The notes: a model not told the origin generated them from the letters alone. 51,244 bases of DNA from Candidatus Margulisiibacteriota bacterium (GCA_042577445.1 JBHPDX010000003.1:1-51244), one strand, 5' to 3'; positions 38,309-47,583 are shown, numbered from the stretch's first letter. Translations and numbers: made by a program.

Positions 38309-40525
38309 TTGGTGATAAGTGGTTTTAGAAAATTAGTTGTATTTTTACTGACTGCGGTCATATTCATATTGATCACCAGCAGCAGCTCCCTTGCTATTTA
38401 CACTGTATCTATCCCTTCACCGGCTGCAGGACAAGTACTATATGCCGGAGCAACCGCAACATTTAGGGTCAATCATAATATGCCTGTTCCTGTTTGGACC
38501 GGAAATCCGGAAACACTAAATGTCACTGTTCAAATATCTGATAACAATTTTGCTACGGCTACTAACTTGCGCGCTTATGCACACTCACAGTTTGCAGGTA
38601 TAGAGCAGGGGGCCTACACTTATAATGGTACTGATTACACGTTCACTGTGCCGGTATATAACAGCACTAACGTTAAAATTCGAATATATATAGATGGCAG
38701 AATAGTAACTGTTTATAATCCAACAACAATTCCCCCACAGATCCAATTTTCTGCTTTCACAGAGGTTTATTATAGCGGTATTTTTACGGTTTCTACACAA
38801 GGCCCGGGACAACCGAGTGCGCCTCAATATTCCGCATCAGGGCCAGACTTAACTTGGGTGCCGGCGCCCTACTCAGCAGCTTATATATCATATTATAAGA
38901 TCTATAGAAATAATGTTCATATCGATAACTCAAGCTCCCCGTCATATTCAGATACCAATGTGCCGGAAGGAACTTACATATACAAAGTATCGGCAGTTTA
39001 TACCTCGGGCATCGAAAGCAATCAATCATTAGGCACTCAGGTAATAGTTGACGGGTCAGTTCCTACAGCTCCAAGCCTTTTACCTATTAATGTCTCCGGG
39101 CCAACTCTTAACTGGATCGCGGTAACCGATACCTGCGGGATCGATCACTACAATGTTTACAGAAATGCGGATCCAGCTATAGAAGTAGATCATCCAAATA
39201 CAAGCTACATTGATGCTAATGCCCCGGAAGGAGATAATGTCTATCAGATAACTGCAGTTGATAATTTAGGACGTGAGAGCGGCCTTTCGGAACAAAGAAA
39301 TGTGATTGTTGACCATACACCGCCTACAGTAAACGATTTCAGTGTCGATGGCGGCAATACAGTAACCGACATTAATATAACCTTAAATATTGATATACCT
39401 GAACCCGCATCAGAACTAGCAAATAACATTTATATAAAAGAAGGGGCCGGCGATTGGGTAGCTTATCCAAATAGCACAACTTCAGTGCCATGGATCCTTA
39501 CTAAGAGAGACTATGCTGCGGAACAAGCGGCGGTTGAGTACGCAACTATGAACGTAACTGTTGCGGAGTATAATTATCAAAATGCTTTAACGGCATACGA
39601 TGTTAAAGATTTTATGCGGAATCCTATTTTTGGCACAGATACCGGACCGTTTTCGGCACACGAGATAATGGATCAGAGTATCATAGATCAGTTCTCCCCT
39701 GATGACCAAGGTGTGATAAATAGCCGTTATCAAAGCTGTATGTCAACATACCAAGCTCATCAGGTTGCGCTGTCAGCACTGGCTGCGGCTACAGCCGTGC
39801 TTAATGCCCCAGATACAGAAAGACAGTTGGAAATAAAAGTTGAAGATACTGCGGGCAACATTACATATAAAAGCTTAACCGTGGAGCTTGCTCTCACACC
39901 GACTTTCTCTGATATAGCTGTCAACGGCACCAGCATATCCGCATTATCATTCAGCACCCAGAAATCAGAAATAACAGCAGTGGTCAGGAACGTTTATGAG
40001 ATCACCTCAGAGAACGTAAAGCTTAACATTGACGGCCAGGAAATTGATGTGAACAGCGGCCTCGTTATTACGCCGATAGCAGGAGAAGATGGCGCATACG
40101 ACTTATATTACCAAACCCCGGAGCCGTTAAGTGCCAGCTCACATACGATCGTATTCACAGCAACTGACGTTTATGGCAACGAAGGAACATCGACTGTCAG
40201 CTTAAGCATGGCAGGTGTTCTGGGTGTTACAGGCAAGCCGAAGATCGTTCCTAATCCTTTCGCGCCTAGAACTCAAACTGTGGACATTCAATATACCCTT
40301 TCAGGCAACATGGACATAACACTTATGGTCTATGACGTAACCGGAAGGTCTGTATGGAGAAAATCCTGCCCTACCGGAACGAACGGCGGACAGGCAGGTG
40401 CCAATAATGTGGTCTGGGACGGCAGGGATTCTGCTAACCACTTTGTTGGGAACGGAGCTTACGTTTACTTTATCACAGCAAAAGGAAAGGTACTGTCCAG
40501 AGGAAATCTGGCAGTGCTTGATTAA
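38309..40525 (+). CDS. Secreted Ig/Fn3 multidomain surface protein with a C-terminal T9SS-type-A/FlgD-Ig-like sorting domain
   Basis: Sec signal peptide; two Fn3 repeats (LTW..YKIYRN..Y.D..PEG.Y.Y.VSAV; LNW..YNVYRN..Y.D..PEG...Y.ITAVD); C-terminal PNPF..QYTL..VYDVTGR..WDGRD..NGAYVY..GNLAVLD. Confidence 0.85.
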   Translation: MVISGFRKLVVFLLTAVIFILITSSSSLAIYTVSIPSPAAGQVLYAGATATFRVNHNMPVPVWTGNPETLNVTVQISDNNFATATNLRAYAHSQFAGIEQGAYTYNGTDYTFTVPVYNSTNVKIRIYIDGRIVTVYNPTTIPPQIQFSAFTEVYYSGIFTVSTQGPGQPSAPQYSASGPDLTWVPAPYSAAYISYYKIYRNNVHIDNSSSPSYSDTNVPEGTYIYKVSAVYTSGIESNQSLGTQVIVDGSVPTAPSLLPINVSGPTLNWIAVTDTCGIDHYNVYRNADPAIEVDHPNTSYIDANAPEGDNVYQITAVDNLGRESGLSEQRNVIVDHTPPTVNDFSVDGGNTVTDINITLNIDIPEPASELANNIYIKEGAGDWVAYPNSTTSVPWILTKRDYAAEQAAVEYATMNVTVAEYNYQNALTAYDVKDFMRNPIFGTDTGPFSAHEIMDQSIIDQFSPDDQGVINSRYQSCMSTYQAHQVALSALAAATAVLNAPDTERQLEIKVEDTAGNITYKSLTVELALTPTFSDIAVNGTSISALSFSTQKSEITAVVRNVYEITSENVKLNIDGQEIDVNSGLVITPIAGEDGAYDLYYQTPEPLSASSHTIVFTATDVYGNEGTSTVSLSMAGVLGVTGKPKIVPNPFAPRTQTVDIQYTLSGNMDITLMVYDVTGRSVWRKSCPTGTNGGQAGANNVVWDGRDSANHFVGNGAYVYFITAKGKVLSRGNLAVLD

Positions 40526-40537
40526 TAGGGAGCGCAA

Positions 40538-41863
40538 GTGAGAAATAGTTGGTTTAAAAACTTAATAATCGCGATAGCAGCAGTAAGCATACTGGCGCTG
40601 CCGGCCGTTGCCGAGATCAAATCCACTGTCGATATCACAAGAGTGGGTAAAGGCGCAAGGCCTATAGCGCTTGGCGGAGCATACACAGCTATTGCCGATG
40701 ACGCTTTCGCGATATTCACCAACCCTGCCGGACTTGGACTTCAGGACAAGATAAGCCTTACCAGCATGAACACTCAGATCCTTGGCAGCGTTGATTATAA
40801 AGTTCTCGGCGGAGTATACCCTACTGATTTTGGAACTATAGCGGTTGGCTACGTCAACGCCGCATCACCTGCCGGCAACCGTACTGACGGAGCAGGGGTA
40901 GAATCAGGAGCAATGTACTATTCCAACACTGTTGCCCTCTTTTCATATGGAACTAAACTTTCCGATGCTCTTGCGGTCGGCGCAAGCGTCAAGATCTTCT
41001 CACAGGGATTTTCAGGCGACATTGCAGGATCCCCACAGGCAACCGGAAGCGATATGGACTTTGGATTTATATATAAATTCTCCGACGATATCACTATCGG
41101 TTCAGTTTTCCAGAACTTCATTAAATCATCTGACGGCGAAATGAGCTGGTCAACAGGACAAAAAGAAGAGATCGTCGGAACTAAAAAACTTGGCGTTGCC
41201 TATCAGTTGAACGAAGACGTTAAAACAACAGTTGACCTTGAAATGTTCAACGGCAGCGCTCCTTTAGTGATCCACGGCGGCGCTGAATGGAAGGTCCTGG
41301 ATTACCTGACCGTTAGAGGCGGAATTGACCAGAACTTTGAATCAACTAGCGAGAACGGCAAGAGCGTCACGACCGACCTTTCCGCCGGCTTAGGTATTTC
41401 CTTAAATGAATTCGTATTTGATTATGCTTACTGCAGCGACCATGCTATAGCAGAGAATGCGACCCACTACTTCTCTATTTCATATTACTTCCCGGTACCT
41501 GAAAAGGAAGAAGATGAAGAAACTGTTGCTGATATTGAAGGCGCTAAGATGGCGGCAGCACTTAATAAAGAACTGGAAAATGCCAACGTTTCAGAAAAAG
41601 ATGATACCCAAGTTGCTGAAGAATTGAGTGTAGAACTGGAAAATGCTAATGTTATAGAGGAAGACGACACTAAAGTAGCGGAAGAATTGAACAACGAATT
41701 AGAGACAGCGAAAATATCAAAAGATATCAAAGAATCAAACATTGAAGTAAAAACTGACAATTCATATTCAAAATCTATCAACAAGCAGCTGGAAGATGCG
41801 GATATCTCTTATAACCTTTCAACAGAAGACGATGAGTTCTACAGCAACCTCTTCAACGAATAA
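40538..41863 (+). CDS. PorV/UPF0164-like outer-membrane beta-barrel with an acidic C-terminal tail
   Basis: Signal peptide; GARPIALGGAYTAIADDAFAIFTNPAGL signature; alternating beta-strands; FDYAY..THYFSISY. Confidence 0.85.
   Translation: MRNSWFKNLIIAIAAVSILALPAVAEIKSTVDITRVGKGARPIALGGAYTAIADDAFAIFTNPAGLGLQDKISLTSMNTQILGSVDYKVLGGVYPTDFGTIAVGYVNAASPAGNRTDGAGVESGAMYYSNTVALFSYGTKLSDALAVGASVKIFSQGFSGDIAGSPQATGSDMDFGFIYKFSDDITIGSVFQNFIKSSDGEMSWSTGQKEEIVGTKKLGVAYQLNEDVKTTVDLEMFNGSAPLVIHGGAEWKVLDYLTVRGGIDQNFESTSENGKSVTTDLSAGLGISLNEFVFDYAYCSDHAIAENATHYFSISYYFPVPEKEEDEETVADIEGAKMAAALNKELENANVSEKDDTQVAEELSVELENANVIEEDDTKVAEELNNELETAKISKDIKESNIEVKTDNSYSKSINKQLEDADISYNLSTEDDEFYSNLFNE
41561..41716 (+). 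repeat. 63-bp (21-aa) tandem repeat, ~2.5 copies, in the PorV-like tail
   Basis: LNKELENANVSEKDDTQVAEE / LSVELENANVIEEDDTKVAEE / LNNELETAKI; units start at 41561, 41624 and 41687. Confidence 0.85.
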
Positions 41864-41895
41864 GCTCTAATATCAAAAAATTAGCGTTATGCTCC

Positions 41896-42006
41896 TTTCA
41901 GCATGCTCTATTTTTGGCGTTATATAAGCTAATATTCGGCCTCCCTACACAAAAAAGCATGCAAGTTAGCCCTCTCCCAGCACGATAGGTATATATAAGG
42001 GGGAAC
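41896..42006 (+). repeat. Diverged duplicated upstream region, copy B (includes motif copy 6, GCAAG-N15-CACGATAG, 41961-41988)
   Basis: Colinear similarity to 38193-38306. Confidence 0.8.
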
Positions 42007-42007
42007 G

Positions 42008-42583
42008 ATGGACTATTTTCGCAATAAATCAGATCTTTCAAAATTACTGCTATTAACCGCAGTAATTCTTTTTATATTGACCTCCTTTGCATACGGACAG
42101 GCATTTGAGTCAAATAGTGGAGCTTATATTGGCTATGACCTGCACCCGGAATTTGACAACATCATCACTGTTTCATACGGCACAAAACTAACCAGCATAT
42201 TGCCTATCAGAGCCTCTGTTTTAGATGATGTCCTCGTCGGTAAAAGCGCAAGGCTTTTCACAAAAGATAAGGATTTCCAGGCAATATACGCTACTTATGA
42301 CGGTCTTAAAGAGAATGACTTTAATGTTTTTGCTGCAGACGGGAACTTACTTTCAAAGAACATAAGAACATCATTTGGCATCAACATATTGGATGGCGCT
42401 TCCCTATTAAGCATGAAAGCAGGGGTCGGCGTAGACATAGGAAGAGTAACGTTTAATTATGCCTATCATAACAGTATTTCTGCCCCCGATAATTCAACCC
42501 AGTACTTCTGTATTTCATATTCAATTGACAGCCCGGCAGAGGAATCTAAACTTATAGCAAGCGCCCCGATCTATCCATATTAA
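42008..42583 (+). CDS. Short PorV-like paralog with internal deletions (mini-barrel or decaying copy)
   Basis: Signal LLTAVILFILTS resembles that of 38309; SYGTKL..LVGKSARLFT and GVGVDIGRVTFNYAY..NSTQYFCISY match segments of 40538. Confidence 0.65.
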   Translation: MDYFRNKSDLSKLLLLTAVILFILTSFAYGQAFESNSGAYIGYDLHPEFDNIITVSYGTKLTSILPIRASVLDDVLVGKSARLFTKDKDFQAIYATYDGLKENDFNVFAADGNLLSKNIRTSFGINILDGASLLSMKAGVGVDIGRVTFNYAYHNSISAPDNSTQYFCISYSIDSPAEESKLIASAPIYPY

Positions 42584-43620
42584 AGAATAAGCGTCGCATC
42601 CCCGAAACTAAAAAACCTATACTTCTCTTTCACGGCCTCAGAGTAAGCCTTTTTAACAAATTCGGTGCCGGCAAAAGCGGAAACCAGCATAACGAGTGTT
42701 GATTTAGGCAAATGGAAGTTAGTGATCATCGCATCAACCATCTTGAACTTATATCCGGGAGTAATAAAAAGGTCCGTCTCACCTTTTGTTCGCGGCGCAC
42801 CGTTCATAGACTCCAACAGCCTGACCACCGTCGTTCCAACGGCCACTATCCTCCTGCCATCCCGCTTTGCATGCCCTATCTTCTCAATAACCCCTTTATC
42901 GATCTGAAATTCCTCGCTGTGCATTTTATGGTCTTTTAAATATTCGGTCCTGACAGGCTGGAACGTCCCGAGGCCGGTGTGCAGGGTAACATATTCCACC
43001 TGGACGCCTTTTTTCTTGATCGTTTTTAACAGCCCTTCGGTAAAGTGCAGGCCGGCTGTAGGAGCCGCTGTGGCGCCGCTTTTCTTCGCATATATTGTCT
43101 GGTACCTCTTGGCCAGCTCATCAGATGTTCGATCAGCCTTTACATAGGGCGGAAGAGGGACCTTCCCTACTTTTTGCAGCACCTTATCAAGATCCCCTAT
43201 ACAGGCAAAATGAAGGATGCGCGCACCGTATGAAGTTTGGTCCACAACTTCAGCAAAAAGACCATTTGAGAACTGAACAACGGTATTCATTTTCAGCCTT
43301 TTTGCCGGCCTTGCGATGACTTCCCAGACCTTTTCTTTGATCCTTCGGCTTAGGAGAACCTCTACTTTAGCACCCTTCCCTTCCTCTCCTCCGCCATACT
43401 TAAAGCCGTATAATCTTGCTGGCATTACCTTGGTATCGTTCAGGACAAGAACATCAGAAGGCTTTAAATAGTCTGTGATCTTATTGAAGATAGTATGTTC
43501 GATCTTCCCCGAAGACCTATGCATGACCATAAGACGGGACCTGTCGCGCTTGGACGCCGGCTTTTGAGCGATCAGCTCTTCAGGAAGGTTATAGTCAAAA
43601 TCAGATGTTTTTAAAGGCAT
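42580..43620 (-). CDS. queA: SAM:tRNA ribosyltransferase-isomerase
   Basis: FDYNLPEELIAQ, NDTKVMPARL, PLPPYV, AAPTAGLHF, TNFHLPKSTL, YRFFSFGDA. Confidence 0.97.
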   Translation of the reverse strand: MPLKTSDFDYNLPEELIAQKPASKRDRSRLMVMHRSSGKIEHTIFNKITDYLKPSDVLVLNDTKVMPARLYGFKYGGGEEGKGAKVEVLLSRRIKEKVWEVIARPAKRLKMNTVVQFSNGLFAEVVDQTSYGARILHFACIGDLDKVLQKVGKVPLPPYVKADRTSDELAKRYQTIYAKKSGATAAPTAGLHFTEGLLKTIKKKGVQVEYVTLHTGLGTFQPVRTEYLKDHKMHSEEFQIDKGVIEKIGHAKRDGRRIVAVGTTVVRLLESMNGAPRTKGETDLFITPGYKFKMVDAMITNFHLPKSTLVMLVSAFAGTEFVKKAYSEAVKEKYRFFSFGDATLIL

Positions 43621-43844
43621 TATCGTCTGGCAACAAGATTGAATATTATAGTAAGGACAATGCTGACAAGGACCATGGTCACCAGGGGGAAGTAAACGGT
43701 GAATCCTTCACGCTTAATGATGATGTCTCCCGGAAGCCTCCCGAACCACGGGATCTTCCCGAAAGCAAAGAACAACGCCCCGATAACGATCAGGATGACC
43801 CCAAAGAATATCAATGATCTGCCTATACTCTCAATGCTTAGCAT
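43620..43844 (-). CDS. DUF2905 family membrane protein
   Basis: GRLPGDIII..FTVYFPL.T; usual position upstream of queA. Confidence 0.9.
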   Translation of the reverse strand: MLSIESIGRSLIFFGVILIVIGALFFAFGKIPWFGRLPGDIIIKREGFTVYFPLVTMVLVSIVLTIIFNLVARR

Positions 43845-43846
43845 AA

Positions 43847-44338
43847 TTACCTCAGAACGAACTTAAATGGTATTTCCATCCAGGATTTGACAGAGCCCAT
43901 CCCGCGTTTAGCAGGCGAGAATTTCCAGCTGCCTAAACTCGATATCGCTGCCGCATCAAGGACATTGCTGCCCGAGGATCTTTTCACCTGCGTCCGGATC
44001 AGCTTGCCGTCCTTACCGATCAATGCTTTCACCATAACTACTCCTTCTATCCCCTTTGTTCTTGCAGCGCTTGGATAGAACGGAGCTATGCTGTAAAGCA
44101 CTCTCGGCGGGGCAATAGGAAGCGGCAGAGGAGAGGCCTTCGGCACAACTTTTTCTGCAGCTATTGTTTTTGCCTGAGGGACGGCTCTAACCTCCACAAC
44201 AGATTCCGTAAAAACAAGTGTGGAAGTACTCCTCGTCTCCATAACTCTTGGGAAGATCAATATTGTATATGCAAGGGCCGCAGCCAATATTACAGCTACG
44301 CCGATCTTGGGAAATAAAAAGCTTTGGGTCTTGATCAT
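43847..44338 (-). CDS. tonB: Energy transducer TonB
   Basis: N-terminal TM, Pro-rich linker, YPSAAR..GIEGVV..SSG..LDAAA..WKFSPA. Confidence 0.9.
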   Translation of the reverse strand: MIKTQSFLFPKIGVAVILAAALAYTILIFPRVMETRSTSTLVFTESVVEVRAVPQAKTIAAEKVVPKASPLPLPIAPPRVLYSIAPFYPSAARTKGIEGVVMVKALIGKDGKLIRTQVKRSSGSNVLDAAAISSLGSWKFSPAKRGMGSVKSWMEIPFKFVLR

Positions 44339-44352
44339 GTTGATTCCTCCTT

Positions 44353-46212
44353 CTAATTTAATATCTTTAACTCAAAACCGATATAATAAATCCTTCCGGG
44401 CATCGGGTAATTCAGTGAATCCTCATAATCTTCATTGAACAGGTTTTCTGCTCCTGCATAAAAAGAGTAGCTATCAAATTCTTTCTCAAACCTGGCATCC
44501 CAGACAGCATATGGAAGAGCATCCGCCATATAAAGACTATCATATCTTTTGCCAATCTGCTTGCCCGTTAATGAGGCCCTGTATCCACTTCCATCTTTGT
44601 ATCTAAGTCCAAGATTATACTGGTCTTGAGGCTTATAGGCAAGTTGATTGCCCGTACTCAGGTCAATCGCCTTCTGAAATGTGTAGTTGAAAAACATGGC
44701 TAAATCATCGGTCATATTATAATTTACGTTTAGTTCATATCCCATGATATCAGCCTCGTCTATATTCTGCGCTTCAGCTGTTGAATACCAACCGCTCATC
44801 CAGACTGTCTGCCAACCGATCAAATCCTCAGCTTTTGAAGCGAAATAACCCAGCTCCGCATCAAATCTATCAGAAAATTGATGGGCAATACTTAAGTAAT
44901 AATCAACTGACTTCTCAGGTTTTAAGTTCGGGTTTCCAAGCATTTCAAAGCTCCATCCCGGACCGGAATCATAAGAGTACCAGTAAAGCTCATTCAGCGT
45001 GGGGGCCCTGAATCCCATGCTGTATGTCGCCTTCAAGGCAGTATTGCCTGAAACATTATATATTAAGCCTGCCCGGGGGCTGGTATTTGGGCCGTATACC
45101 GAATGGTTATCATGTCTTGCTCCCACATTAAAGATAAGGTCCCCATATCTGGTCTCATTTAAAAGGAAAACAGCGGAATTGTCATAAGAGCGGCTGCCAA
45201 TGGCATCACTGTCGCAATTATCTCCTTTAAACTCCGCTCCCGTTACAAGGTAATTACTATCTCCTAATTTGAGGTCCGTTTGAAACTCAATTCCCCTAGA
45301 AAAAGAATCATAGTGAGTATACGGTGTAGCGACAGGATTAGAGCTGTCTTTCTGCTTCTTCCCCCTATAAAACACTTTTGTTTTGAGCTTGATATCATCA
45401 TTTATGTCGTTTTTAATAATGAATGAATGCTGGGCATTGTTATCAACTTGCTTTTTATTCGGCGTGGGAGTTGCCTTCGCTCCGGGAACACCTTTGTCAG
45501 CACTATACAGATCTGTATACAACTCCGCTTCTGCCCCTTGTGCTATATCCCAATTAAAGCTTGTGCTCATGCTGTCCGCTTTATAGGCGCTGTTCTCCCG
45601 ATATCCGGGAGATCGGTCTTCAGAAAACGATATCCGATACCCGAGCGCCCCGGATTTGCCGCTGTTAGACAGCGTCAGATCACCCGCACCTCTTTCCATG
45701 AGCTTGCTCCCTATAGACAATTCCATCTTTTCAGTGGGCCTTTTGGTGATAATATTTATAACGCCTCCCATGGCATCCGCCCCATACAATGACGAAGCAG
45801 GTCCCCTGATGATCTCTATCTTCTCTATATCATGGGCCGGAACATCTCCGGCATCCACAACACCTAAAAGCGGATCCCCTATTTTTACACCGTTCACATA
45901 AACCAAAGTTTGCGAAGCCCTTGCTCCCCTTATGGTCGGTGTAGTTGCCGCCCCTAAATAGCCTACTGCTTTGGCATAAACTCCATAAGTATATTTAATG
46001 GCGTCACTCAGGTTTTTAGCGCCCAAAGCCCTTATCTCTTCACTGGAAATGATCGTTACACTCGATGGAGATTCGTTTAAAAATTGAGGGAATCTTGAAG
46101 CACTTATCACGACTTCCTCCCCATAAAAAACAGGGGATTCAATAGAAAGAACAGAAGAAGAAAGTAAGAAGATAAAAATAACAGAAATGAAAACGCTTTT
46201 AATATAAAACAT
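44353..46212 (-). CDS. TonB-dependent receptor, BtuB-like
   Basis: EVVISASR TonB box, plug IRG..IEKIEIIRGPASSLYGADAMGGVINIIT, GFRAPTLNEL, GNPNLKPE, ENLFNEDY..PGR. Confidence 0.9.
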   Translation of the reverse strand: MFYIKSVFISVIFIFLLSSSVLSIESPVFYGEEVVISASRFPQFLNESPSSVTIISSEEIRALGAKNLSDAIKYTYGVYAKAVGYLGAATTPTIRGARASQTLVYVNGVKIGDPLLGVVDAGDVPAHDIEKIEIIRGPASSLYGADAMGGVINIITKRPTEKMELSIGSKLMERGAGDLTLSNSGKSGALGYRISFSEDRSPGYRENSAYKADSMSTSFNWDIAQGAEAELYTDLYSADKGVPGAKATPTPNKKQVDNNAQHSFIIKNDINDDIKLKTKVFYRGKKQKDSSNPVATPYTHYDSFSRGIEFQTDLKLGDSNYLVTGAEFKGDNCDSDAIGSRSYDNSAVFLLNETRYGDLIFNVGARHDNHSVYGPNTSPRAGLIYNVSGNTALKATYSMGFRAPTLNELYWYSYDSGPGWSFEMLGNPNLKPEKSVDYYLSIAHQFSDRFDAELGYFASKAEDLIGWQTVWMSGWYSTAEAQNIDEADIMGYELNVNYNMTDDLAMFFNYTFQKAIDLSTGNQLAYKPQDQYNLGLRYKDGSGYRASLTGKQIGKRYDSLYMADALPYAVWDARFEKEFDSYSFYAGAENLFNEDYEDSLNYPMPGRIYYIGFELKILN

Positions 46213-46331
46213 CCCGAAAACCTCCTAAAGGCTTCCGGGATAGCCTGAAACTATCTAGTTTTTCTACTCTGCAAGGCGGGATTTAAACCCGCTAATTCAC
46301 TAACTCTCTCCCGTTGAGTGACTTGCGCAGA
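46211..46331 (-). promoter_or_regulatory. Structured 5' leader of the btuB-like gene (T-loop junction and SD-sequestering hairpin); riboswitch candidate
   Basis: GCAAG/CTTGC closing stem, TCACT/AGTGA stem, GCGGG-TTTAAAT-CCCGC T-arm; ATCCCGGAAGCCT-TTAGG-AGGTTTTCGGGAT covers the SD and the AT of the ATG. Confidence 0.5.
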
Positions 46332-46335
46332 TATC

Positions 46336-47154
46336 TTACAAATTCAAAGCCAGCTTGTAAAGCTTGTTTTTGGGTATCTTTGTATAGTTAGAAACGATCT
46401 TAACGGTATCTTTTTGAGATATCCCGGCTTTTAATAGTTCCGCCATCAGGATATTGGCATCGCCCGTATCTCTTTTTGGTTCTCCCTGCCCGCCCTCGAC
46501 AACAACAACGAACTCACCCTTCGGCTTTGACTTTGAAAATTTAGATATCTGATCCGATATACTCCCCCTGGAAAACTCTTCAAACTTCTTGGTAAGTTCA
46601 CGGGCGACGCAAATATTCCTGTCACCGATAGCACTTTGCAGGTCGGTCAGGGTTTTGATCAAACGATGAGGGGCTTCATAAAAAACGATCGTCCGCTCTT
46701 CTGTCTTCAACCGCTCCAGCCGCTTTTTTCGATCACCTGTCTTAACCGGCAAGAAGCCTTCAAATACGAACCTGTCGGTGTTAATACCGCTGGCGGATAA
46801 GGCGACCAGAAGTGCCGAAGTATTCGGCACGGGGACTACCTCAACGCCCTTTTTCAGGGCCTCAACGATAAGTTCATACCCCGGGTCCGAGATACCGGGC
46901 ATGCCGGCGTCGGATACCAAAGCTACGCTCTTGCCTGAGCGAACCGTTGATACAAGATGCTCTGTTTTTTCCTTGATGTTGAATTTATGATAAGAGGTAA
47001 GCGGTTTTTTGATCGAATATTTATTAAGAAGTATCCCGGTATGCCTGGTATCTTCCGCGGCTATCAGATCAACTTCCTTTAAAACGCGAAGCGCCCTGAG
47101 TGTTATATCTTCGAGGTTCCCGATCGGAGTGCCTACTATATATAAAGCTGCCAT
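46336..47154 (-). CDS. rsmI: 16S rRNA C1402 2'-O-methyltransferase
   Basis: GTPIGNLEDITLRAL, AAEDTR, SDAGMPGISDPG, YEAPHR, RELTK, KGEF. Confidence 0.97.
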   Translation of the reverse strand: MAALYIVGTPIGNLEDITLRALRVLKEVDLIAAEDTRHTGILLNKYSIKKPLTSYHKFNIKEKTEHLVSTVRSGKSVALVSDAGMPGISDPGYELIVEALKKGVEVVPVPNTSALLVALSASGINTDRFVFEGFLPVKTGDRKKRLERLKTEERTIVFYEAPHRLIKTLTDLQSAIGDRNICVARELTKKFEEFSRGSISDQISKFSKSKPKGEFVVVVEGGQGEPKRDTGDANILMAELLKAGISQKDTVKIVSNYTKIPKNKLYKLALNL

Positions 47155-47167
47155 TTAAAGAGGTTGA

Positions 47168-47539
47168 TCAGTCTTTTTGGACCGACGATTCTAAATTGAC
47201 CTTGCCCTTATAGACCGCGCCCTCGTCAACAACGATCTTGTCGCATGTGATATCGCCGAAAACTTTTCCGGTCCTTGTAACTTCCAGACCGCCGTTGGCT
47301 ATCACGTTGCCGTTAAGGTCGCCGGAAACGATAACTCTGGCGGCTGAAACATTGCCTTCAACCTTACTGCCTTCGCCGACAAGTACATCACCTTGAGCAG
47401 AAAGGGTTCCTTCAAAGTGCCCGCCTATCCTGACGGATCCTTTTGTGTTGATCTCTCCTTTTATAAAAGTGTCCTCTCCGATGATCGAGTTCACCCCAAC
47501 ATAATCGGTTACTTTCTTTTTTGGACCTAAAATTGACAT
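47168..47539 (-). CDS. Bactofilin (polymer-forming cytoskeletal protein)
   Basis: IIGEDTFIKGEI..VRIGGHFEG..VGEGSKVEGNV..GDI..GAVYKG beta-helix repeats; adjacent to M23 gene. Confidence 0.92.
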   Translation of the reverse strand: MSILGPKKKVTDYVGVNSIIGEDTFIKGEINTKGSVRIGGHFEGTLSAQGDVLVGEGSKVEGNVSAARVIVSGDLNGNVIANGGLEVTRTGKVFGDITCDKIVVDEGAVYKGKVNLESSVQKD

Positions 47540-47583
47540 AGTAAAACTCCTCTCCTAAAATTAGAAATGACTCAAGACTGGCT

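Noticed and set aside
41561-41716. CRISPR-like periodic repeat
   Set aside because: It is an in-frame coding tandem repeat without unique spacers, and no cas genes are in the window.
41915-41930. sigma54 promoter TGGCGT..AAGC (GG-N10-GC)
   Set aside because: The duplicate at 38213-38227 has AC instead of GC and lacks TTGC; the conserved TTTTTGGCGTTATAT more likely reflects duplication or another operator.
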